This document shows positions 35,772 through 43,050 of a DNA stretch of 64,000 nt, one piece after another. The notes under the pieces were generated by a model. The model was not told the DNA's origin. It saw only the letters and a program-made list of their open reading frames with translations, and ran no database searches. Position 1 is the stretch's first letter. The number at the start of each line of letters is the position of its first letter. The stretch comes from an uncultured Bacteroidales bacterium (GTDB lineage: Bacteria; Bacteroidota; Bacteroidia; Bacteroidales; UBA3824). The DNA lies in the NCBI GenBank assembly GCA_937877455.1, contig CALFIU010000044.1, forward strand, positions 6,641 through 70,640, in the 5' to 3' direction. Made by a program: the position numbers and the translations under genes.

Positions 35772-37457
35772 CTATTTCAACGTAATTGTTGTTCCGATAT
35801 TTACGTATTTATCAGAACCAAACGAAACATTGAATACATCGCCAGAGGTGGTTGTGCCTTTCAACGTGAGTTTGCCGTTTGAATACGAATAATCGTCGGC
35901 AGTAAGCAGTTGTGCTTGTTTTCCAGAGCCTTTCTTTACTGTTAATAATGCAAAATTAGCGTCTTCAGGAGCGTTGTTGATGGTCAATGTTATTTCAACA
36001 TCTTCACCAGCGGTAGTCTCTGGCGCAGAAACGGTGGCTGTAGTCCAGTTCTTAACAAAAACGTTCAAGTCAACTGAAATATTAACAGTGTCTTTGAGAA
36101 TGTAAGTGATGTTGGAGATTGTTTTACCTTCCAAGTCTGCTGTGTGCTTGTAAGCACGTGTGCAACCATGCGGCTCGGTAAAATCTTTAATACAGAATGT
36201 AAATTCTGCTGGTTTCAACCAAAGGTTGTTGAGAAACTGCAAGCCGTATTTTGAGCCGTCGGTGGTGGTAAGGATAGCACCTTGCAAATTGTATTTCGTA
36301 ACGTCTTTAAGTCCGTCAAGCGAAATAACATAGTTGCCCCATTTTGCATCAAAGCCAGATGTTAAAATTGCTGTGGCTGTTTGAGTTGCAACGGTTGAAT
36401 TCCATTTGCCAAAACTGCCGTCTTCATTGTATTCTTTGTAATCAACAGGAGTGTTTTCCAAAACGGTAAAACGTGATTTGTCTTCAAGCGAATTGTACAT
36501 ATTCGCTTCAATTGCAACGTTAACTCCTTTTATACCATAAATTTTTGATTCAGTACCATTGATTTCATAATTAGCGTTTGCAAACGAAGTGCATTTTGAG
36601 TTGGTTGCCGAACTTACTGCGTCAACACCAAGATCTTCGAGAGTTTGTGCTGTTTTGCCAAGTTCTGCGGCGTAAAATTCTGCCCAAGTCATGTCTGTGG
36701 TTGCATATACGTATGTTGGTTGGTAGTCTGCAAGGTTTTCGTCGCAGAAAAGTTTTATGCAGGCTTTTCTGTTTGCTTCTGTCTCGTTTTCGAGCATTGC
36801 AGCGGCAAGCCAATATGCGTATTGACCTTTGAAAAACTCTGGGAAAGATGCCGAGTCGTTTCCATAACGAAACTCAAGATGGTAGGTTGTGCCGGGGGTG
36901 TCGCCCATAAAGAAGAAATACTTAAATTGATCTTCGTTGCCATCGTCTGATTTTAAGTAGTAACAACCATCTTTTTCTCCAGTCTGTGTGTATTCATGGC
37001 TGAAAACGGTTTGAGAATTAGCGTCAAGACCCGTGATTTTCTTGCCGTCAATTACAAATTTTGATACGCCACCGATAAAACCACAATTGAATTGGTAACC
37101 GTTTGGAAATCCGTTTGTACCGTCGCCATATTTCTCTTGAGCTTCTGCGCCGTAGATTGTGCCAGTAAATGAGGTTTTGAGCATTTCGTACGTGGCTTTG
37201 CCTGAGTATGAGTTGCCAGTGTACTTGGCGCAACATTCTACCCAATAATCGTCGTATTTTGATGCGCAGAAACCATTTTCTGTAAACAATTCAACGAATG
37301 TTCCGCTGATACTCTTCTGGAAGTCAGTGGCATCGGAAGTTGTAGCTGTTTTTTCTTCGGTTTTCTTGTTGTCGTCATCGTCGTCGCACGATACGTAAAC
37401 CAAAGATGTTGATGCTGCAAGTATAATTGCAGCGGCTAATTTTGTGTATTTGTTCAT
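35772..37457 (-). CDS. Surface lipoprotein, possible ZinT/YodA-like lipocalin region at the N-terminus
   Basis: 561 aa. Lipobox LVYVSC followed by DDDDD. The segment FKYFFFMGDTPGTTYHLEFRYGNDSASFPEFFKGQYAYW resembles the ZinT core as I recall it. It is the last gene of the ABC operon. Confidence 0.5.
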   Translation of the reverse strand: MNKYTKLAAAIILAASTSLVYVSCDDDDDNKKTEEKTATTSDATDFQKSISGTFVELFTENGFCASKYDDYWVECCAKYTGNSYSGKATYEMLKTSFTGTIYGAEAQEKYGDGTNGFPNGYQFNCGFIGGVSKFVIDGKKITGLDANSQTVFSHEYTQTGEKDGCYYLKSDDGNEDQFKYFFFMGDTPGTTYHLEFRYGNDSASFPEFFKGQYAYWLAAAMLENETEANRKACIKLFCDENLADYQPTYVYATTDMTWAEFYAAELGKTAQTLEDLGVDAVSSATNSKCTSFANANYEINGTESKIYGIKGVNVAIEANMYNSLEDKSRFTVLENTPVDYKEYNEDGSFGKWNSTVATQTATAILTSGFDAKWGNYVISLDGLKDVTKYNLQGAILTTTDGSKYGLQFLNNLWLKPAEFTFCIKDFTEPHGCTRAYKHTADLEGKTISNITYILKDTVNISVDLNVFVKNWTTATVSAPETTAGEDVEITLTINNAPEDANFALLTVKKGSGKQAQLLTADDYSYSNGKLTLKGTTTSGDVFNVSFGSDKYVNIGTTITLK

Positions 37458-37487
37458 TTTTTTTATAATTAATTAATAAATAAAAAT

Positions 37488-37664
37488 CTATTCAAAACTG
37501 TAAAAGAATGAGGGGAAACCAGTTACTGTTGTAACTTTGGTAGTAATTTCGCCAGTTGACAAGTCAACAGTACAAAATCCATTGTATTCGCTATTTGCTG
37601 AACCGTAAACCATTTTGTTTTGAATTGCTAAAACAATAAGTGGTAAAAAATTCTGTTTTTTCAT
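37488..37664 (-). CDS. 58-codon small ORF inside the ABC/lipoprotein operon (below the ORF-track size cut-off)
   Basis: My translation: MKKQNFLPLIVLAIQNKMVYGSANSEYNGFCTVDLSTGEITTKVTTVTGFPSFFYSFE*. It fits the gap: 20 nt after the ABC stop (37685) and 30 nt before the lipoprotein ATG (37457). Confidence 0.35.
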   Translation of the reverse strand: MKKQNFLPLIVLAIQNKMVYGSANSEYNGFCTVDLSTGEITTKVTTVTGFPSFFYSFE

Positions 37665-37684
37665 ATTTTTTTTTAGTTGAAATA

Positions 37685-39331
37685 TCAGTAAACATTTACT
37701 TCCGCCTTTCCATCCTTAATGGTGATAATCTTGTTTGCGCCTTGGACGGTGCGCATACGATGAGCGATTACGAGGACGGTTTTGCCTTTGATTAGTTTTG
37801 AAAGTGATTGTTGAATAAGTGTCTCGTTTTCAACGTCTAATGAGGCAGAGGCTTCGTCAAGAAGAATTATTGGAGCGTTTTTGAGGAAGGCACGGGCAAT
37901 AGAAATTCGCTGACGTTCGCCGCCGGAGAGTTTTTTGCCGTTTTCGCCAATAATTGTGCTCCACTTATCAGGCAGATTTTCAACAAATTCGGTACAGTTA
38001 GCAAGTTCGGCTGCGGCTTTTACCTGTTCGTCGGTGGCGTTTTTGTCGCCAATGCGGATGTTTTCCAAAACGGTGTTGTTAAATAATGTAACATCTTGAA
38101 AAACAATCGAGTAAAGACTCATCAGAGTTTCAGTGTCAACCTTTGAAATATCCTGACCACCAATAGTTATTTTACCCGAATCAATATCCCAAAACCTTGC
38201 AGCAAGTCGCGAAACAGTGGTTTTGCCGCTGCCCGAGGGACCAATCAAAGCGGTTACTTCGCCCTGTTTTGCAGTGAACGAAACGCCGTCGAGAATCTTT
38301 TTGCCGTCTTGATACGAGAACTTAACATCCTCAAACACAATGTCTCCGCCATTTACTTTAAGTTCCTCGGTGCCGATTTGCTCTTTATGTTGAAGAATGT
38401 CGTTGAGACGTTCGCAGCTGACATCAAGCGCAATTATGGCAGCAAAATGTTCGAGCGAAGTGGTGAGCGGATTGTAAAGTCGCGAGGCAATAATCAAGAA
38501 CAAGAAAAATTCCAAAACTCCCAATTCACCTGATTTTAAGAGCATTGCACCTACAAGAGCGGTAGTGGCGATTCCAAATTTAAGAATCATTTCGGCATTG
38601 GTAACAAAAATGCCTGTGCCAAGTTCGCTCCAAATTTTGCGTTTTTCAACGTTCTTGATTTTAGATTCAACATCTTGATAATAACTATATTGTGCGTTGT
38701 TTTGACGAAGGTCGCGCACAGTTTCCAAACATTCCTGAATTTTTTCGGTCATTTCTACGGTTGCGCCGCTTGTTTTTTTGCCCAAACGGTATTGAACTTT
38801 TCGCGAAAAAGCCACAATCGTAAGGCAGACAGGAAGCACCCAAACCGCCGCCAAAGCCATTTTCCAATTAACAAAAAACAGACATATTGCCAACACGCAA
38901 GTGCTTGCAATTGAGCCAATAAACTGCGGAATAAAGTGCGATGAAGCCTGTTCAATCTGCGCCGCGTCGTCCATAATTGTGGAGGTAAGATCTGCGCTGT
39001 CTTTTTTTGCAAAAAACGACAACGGCAACCGACGGAGTTTTTCTGCCAACGAGATACGCCTTACGCCGCTCTCTTTGTAGGTAGAAAAATACGAGGTGTT
39101 GTACTGAATAACAGTGGTAACAGCCATCAGCACAATCCAAATGCAAATACCTGTGATATAGAATGTTGCTCTGCCTTCGATGGTTCCGTTCATAATGTCC
39201 TGAACCAAAAAATAGAGCAACAAAACCGGTGAAAAAAGCATCAAATTGTAAAAAATATTTGCAACAGATGCAATCACCATCGACCGTGCACCCTCGTCTG
39301 AAAGGGCATATTTTTGTTTAAAGTTTTTCAT
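37685..39331 (-). CDS. ABC transporter, fused exporter-type permease/ATPase (half-transporter, partner B)
   Basis: 548 aa. N-terminal 6-TM domain. Walker A GPSGSGKTT, signature LSGGERQR, Walker B ILLDEASASLD, H-loop AHR. Confidence 0.88.
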   Translation of the reverse strand: MKNFKQKYALSDEGARSMVIASVANIFYNLMLFSPVLLLYFLVQDIMNGTIEGRATFYITGICIWIVLMAVTTVIQYNTSYFSTYKESGVRRISLAEKLRRLPLSFFAKKDSADLTSTIMDDAAQIEQASSHFIPQFIGSIASTCVLAICLFFVNWKMALAAVWVLPVCLTIVAFSRKVQYRLGKKTSGATVEMTEKIQECLETVRDLRQNNAQYSYYQDVESKIKNVEKRKIWSELGTGIFVTNAEMILKFGIATTALVGAMLLKSGELGVLEFFLFLIIASRLYNPLTTSLEHFAAIIALDVSCERLNDILQHKEQIGTEELKVNGGDIVFEDVKFSYQDGKKILDGVSFTAKQGEVTALIGPSGSGKTTVSRLAARFWDIDSGKITIGGQDISKVDTETLMSLYSIVFQDVTLFNNTVLENIRIGDKNATDEQVKAAAELANCTEFVENLPDKWSTIIGENGKKLSGGERQRISIARAFLKNAPIILLDEASASLDVENETLIQQSLSKLIKGKTVLVIAHRMRTVQGANKIITIKDGKAEVNVY

Positions 39332-39346
39332 AATAATTCATTTAAT

Positions 39347-39378
39347 AATTCACAATTCATAATTTTGAATTGTGAATT
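39347..39378. repeat. Perfect 12-bp-arm inverted repeat filling the spacer between the two ABC genes
   Basis: AATTCACAATTC (39347-39358), loop ataatttt, GAATTGTGAATT (39367-39378). It ends 1 nt from the upstream gene's stop (39380). Confidence 0.85.
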
Positions 39379-39379
39379 T

Positions 39380-41149
39380 TCAATTTTCAATTTTCCATTC
39401 CACCGATTTCTGATAATCGCTAAACATTTTGGAATACATTCCATTTTGCGATAAAAGTTGCTGATGTGTACCATTTTCTATGATTTTGCCTTCGTTGAGA
39501 ACGAAAATTTGATTGCAGTCAACAACAGTAGAAAGACGGTGTGCAATTTTGATAACTGTCTTATCCTTAGATATTTCGTCAAAAGCCTTCAACACTTTTT
39601 CCTCGTTTTCTGGGTCGGCAAATGCAGTAGCCTCGTCGAGTATAAGAATTGGAGTGTTGCGTAGCATAACTCGCGCAATAGCAATGCGTTGCTGTTCGCC
39701 ACCGCTGAGATACGTGCCTTTGCTGCCGATAATTGTGTTGATTCCGTCAGGTAATTTTGCAATAATGTCGGCGCATTGAGCGCGGTTCAAAACATCCATT
39801 ACCTCTTGCTCTGTGGCATCAGGTTTTGCCATTCTTACATTGTCTAAAATGCTTGTTTTCAACAATTTGCTATCCTGAAAAACAAACGATACAATTTCGG
39901 AAAGTTTTGATTGTGTAATATCTTTTACATCCACTCCGCCTATAAGGATTTTGCCATCGGTAACATCCCAAAACCTTGATACAAGACTTGCTGCGGTGGT
40001 TTTTCCGCCGCCCGAAGGTCCAACAAATGCAACTTGCGAACCGGCAGGTATTTTCATAGAAATTCCGTCAACAGCATTTTTGGTTGAGTCTTTGTAATGG
40101 AATTTTACATCTCTAAACTCCACTGAATAATCATTGGGAATTTTTGGGTTTTCGGATTCTTTGGTTTCGGGCACATCAAGAACAGTGTCAATCCTTGCAA
40201 ATGCGTTTCCCACAATCATATCCGCCTCCGACGAGTACATCACTTTATGGAGCGTTACACCGATAATTGGCGTAAAAATTATATAGAACATTAGGTTAGA
40301 GAAAAGTTCGTTATTGGCGGCTGACGAACCATAATAGAGAGCAACGGCAATCAAAATTGCAAACGCAGAATTTATTACAACCGTAAAGGAGGTCATCGAA
40401 ACCCTGAAACGCTCGGTGTAACTAATTGTAAACTTGGCATAATCGTCGATTGCCTTTTTGAGTTTTTTAAATGAAAAAACCGACTGTCCAAATGTCTTTA
40501 CAACCGGCATACCTCGCACATATTCAACGGCTTCCTTGGTCATATTTTCCAGTGCCAAATTGTAAGCCTCCATATCTTTTTTGAGTTGCGGACCCACCAT
40601 AAAGGCATACATAATTATAAATCCTAAAATAGTGGTAGCAAGGCACATAAGACCAATTTTCCAATCAAAATACATCAAAAGAACAATCATTGCAATTGGC
40701 GTGGTAATAGCCACCGTGCGGTCGGGCAAAATGTGTTCGAGGTAATTATCCATAGCCGCGGTAGAATCAATGATGATTTTACGAATTTTGCCACTGCCCT
40801 CATTTTCAACGTGTCCCAAGGGCATACGCAGCACTTTGGCAACGCATTTTTTGCGGATATTTGCCACAGTTCTGATTCCTCCCAAATGCGAACAACCCAA
40901 CGCCATAAAGTAAATACACATTGCGTTTACTGAATATTTAACGGCTGTAATACCGTAATCTTCAATATGTTGCGCCTTGCTAAAATCGGGCATTACAGTA
41001 AGCACTTCGTCCACAATTTTCCAAACATAAACGAATGGAACAAGCGCAAGACACGCGCTCACCGCTGCCAAAACGATGGAGCCGATGGTAAAAAACTTAT
41101 AACCACCGGCAAAATCCATCAATCTAAGAAGATTTGACTTATTTTTCAT
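39380..41149 (-). CDS. ABC transporter, fused exporter-type permease/ATPase (half-transporter, partner A)
   Basis: 589 aa. N-terminal 6-TM domain. Walker A GPSGGGKTT, signature LSGGEQQR, Walker B LILDEATAFAD, H-loop AHR. Confidence 0.88.
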   Translation of the reverse strand: MKNKSNLLRLMDFAGGYKFFTIGSIVLAAVSACLALVPFVYVWKIVDEVLTVMPDFSKAQHIEDYGITAVKYSVNAMCIYFMALGCSHLGGIRTVANIRKKCVAKVLRMPLGHVENEGSGKIRKIIIDSTAAMDNYLEHILPDRTVAITTPIAMIVLLMYFDWKIGLMCLATTILGFIIMYAFMVGPQLKKDMEAYNLALENMTKEAVEYVRGMPVVKTFGQSVFSFKKLKKAIDDYAKFTISYTERFRVSMTSFTVVINSAFAILIAVALYYGSSAANNELFSNLMFYIIFTPIIGVTLHKVMYSSEADMIVGNAFARIDTVLDVPETKESENPKIPNDYSVEFRDVKFHYKDSTKNAVDGISMKIPAGSQVAFVGPSGGGKTTAASLVSRFWDVTDGKILIGGVDVKDITQSKLSEIVSFVFQDSKLLKTSILDNVRMAKPDATEQEVMDVLNRAQCADIIAKLPDGINTIIGSKGTYLSGGEQQRIAIARVMLRNTPILILDEATAFADPENEEKVLKAFDEISKDKTVIKIAHRLSTVVDCNQIFVLNEGKIIENGTHQQLLSQNGMYSKMFSDYQKSVEWKIEN

Positions 41150-41529
41150 TATTCTTTATTTAGTTTGAGAGATTCTTTTGCCATCAGAATTGCAATTGCA
41201 GCCATCAGTGGCATAATTACAAGTTGAGCGGCGTTGAAATCTTCGATGAGTTCCGACAAATGCAAAACCGTGAACAAAGCCATCACAAAAGCCAAAACCA
41301 TATTGATAGTTTTGGCAGTTTTGCCGCCGTAAATCACAAGTAGAATGCCAATTACGGGAATCAAATACGAAATAGTCATCATAAAAGCAATCATGCCCGT
41401 AGAAGCCGGAGGTTGCATTGCAGCAATGCTTTCGCCCCAAAATGCGGGCATAGCGTCGGTGATAGTGTGTGCAAGAAATCCACAGATTGTGAGTATCCAA
41501 AAAACAATGATTTTATGTTTTCTTTCCAT
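41149..41529 (-). CDS. Small 4-TM membrane protein, first gene of the ABC operon
   Basis: 126 aa with four hydrophobic helices. Its stop overlaps the next start by one nucleotide (TAATG, 41147-41151). Confidence 0.6.
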   Translation of the reverse strand: MERKHKIIVFWILTICGFLAHTITDAMPAFWGESIAAMQPPASTGMIAFMMTISYLIPVIGILLVIYGGKTAKTINMVLAFVMALFTVLHLSELIEDFNAAQLVIMPLMAAIAILMAKESLKLNKE

Positions 41530-41800
41530 TTTTTAGTGTAGTTTTTAGTTTAGACGGCAAAATCATTGATTTTATCTGTAAGACAGATAGTTATTAAAAT
41601 TGATTTTGCTCTTTATAATATATTTTTTATAAACAGATACATTACCTTAAATTCTGTTTTTATTTTTTGTTTGTATATTTAAAATTTTATGCAAAATTAC
41701 TTCTTGTATTACATTGAACAATCCCAAAAAATGATGATTTATCGTATGCTTTTCTACCAATAATTAGTTATTTTGGGTATTGTATTTGAATTTCTGTGAT

Positions 41801-41836
41801 TTTTTGTGTAATTTTTCAATAAAAATTACACAAAAA
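41801..41836. repeat. Perfect 16-bp-arm palindrome in the lepB / ABC-operon intergenic region
   Basis: TTTTTGTGTAATTTTT (41801-41816), loop caat, AAAAATTACACAAAAA (41821-41836). Confidence 0.9.
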
Positions 41837-41847
41837 TAAATGGAATG

Positions 41848-41886
41848 AAAATAAAAATCCCCGCCGAGCAATTAAGCAGGGCGGGG
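41848..41886 (-). terminator. Rho-independent terminator of lepB
   Basis: ccccgcc (41859-41865) pairs with ggcgggg (41880-41886). On the minus strand the stem is followed by a T-rich run (complement of aaaataaaaat, 41848-41858). Confidence 0.75.
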
Positions 41887-41910
41887 TAGAGGTGAAGATT
41901 GTATGCAATT

Positions 41911-43044
41911 TTATTTAATTGCAGTTCCTAAGATGTGGTCTTCTGGAACAAGCCCAAAATATCTTGAATCGTTTTTTGATGCTCGATTGTCGCCCATAAC
42001 AAACCAATAATCTTGTTTAAAAACGTATGATTCTGTATGTTTTCCGTTAATATAAAATCCGTCGGGTTTAATTTCTAATGTGTTGCCTTCGTATGCTTCT
42101 ATGGCACGGCGGTAAAGTTGTACAGAATAGGGCGAAAGGTTAAGTTTCATGCCTTTTGCTGGAATACGTAACGCTCCAAAATTGGATTCGTTCCACGATT
42201 TTTTGCCCATTTCTGCATACGGAAAAACAATTGGGTCGAAATGTCCAACGGGAAAAATAGCAGGTTCTATATGTTTTACAACAGAAAATTCTCCAAATTT
42301 TTCTGCCGCATCGTTGCTTAGGCTATATAGCGACATATTACCGTTTTGAGTATTTTTTTGTCTATAAAAAGCCATATAATCGTCTATATTTTCTTTTTCT
42401 CCTTCAATATCGTTTTTAGTTAAACCAATAGAATCAAGAGATGCTGCATTTACAATGCCCTCTTTTACAACAAAATATAATCTTTTGATGTTTTCGGGGT
42501 CTGCTATTTGTTTTTTGTTTACAAAAACTTTGTTGTCTTTTATTTCCACCAATTCGTTAGGTCCAGCGATGCATCGCGATACCATAACTGGTCTTTTTTT
42601 GAGTTTTAATGGTGCAAGTTCGGCTTTTGAAATCCAGTTTTTGCCATATTTGCGACACATTTTGTAATAATTTTTGTCGGTATGTCCCGGTACAATAGTA
42701 TCCGTTTCAGGATTTCTAAAAATCACTATTTCGCCTTGTTCTGGCATCGAAAATTTGTTAAAAATAATAGTTTCGCCTTGTTTTAGTGTGCCTTCCATAG
42801 ATTGGTCTGGAACTTTTGCCCTTGCAAAAACTATGAATACAGCTGCCACTGCCAAAATTATAACAGCACCAGCAATTAAGCCTATGCGTGCGGCAGTGGA
42901 TAGTTTTGCCCAAAAGCCCTTTTTTTGTTGTTGTTCTGGTTGGCTTTCTGCTTTTTTAGATGTTGATTTTTTGGAGCTTTTGCTTTTTGATGCCGATTTA
43001 TTTTTGTTTTCGGCATCGGTTTCAGTTTTTTTTGTCCTTGCCAT
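41911..43044 (-). CDS. lepB: Signal peptidase I
   Basis: 377 aa. Catalytic Ser box PDQSMEGTL and box E GDNRASKNDSRYFGLVPEDHILG. There is an unusual ~45-aa K/S-rich N-terminal extension before the TM. Confidence 0.85.
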   Translation of the reverse strand: MARTKKTETDAENKNKSASKSKSSKKSTSKKAESQPEQQQKKGFWAKLSTAARIGLIAGAVIILAVAAVFIVFARAKVPDQSMEGTLKQGETIIFNKFSMPEQGEIVIFRNPETDTIVPGHTDKNYYKMCRKYGKNWISKAELAPLKLKKRPVMVSRCIAGPNELVEIKDNKVFVNKKQIADPENIKRLYFVVKEGIVNAASLDSIGLTKNDIEGEKENIDDYMAFYRQKNTQNGNMSLYSLSNDAAEKFGEFSVVKHIEPAIFPVGHFDPIVFPYAEMGKKSWNESNFGALRIPAKGMKLNLSPYSVQLYRRAIEAYEGNTLEIKPDGFYINGKHTESYVFKQDYWFVMGDNRASKNDSRYFGLVPEDHILGTAIK

Positions 43045-43050
43045 AATACG

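Noticed and set aside
41559-41589. Fur/Zur-box-like palindromes upstream of the ABC operon (aaaatcattgatttt; tatctgt-aag-acagata; repeated attgatttt)
   Set aside because: They are short A/T-rich dyads in an A/T-rich leader. Their resemblance to the GATAATGATAATCATTATC Fur consensus is limited to AATCATT. I cannot distinguish this from chance without a Bacteroidota-specific matrix.
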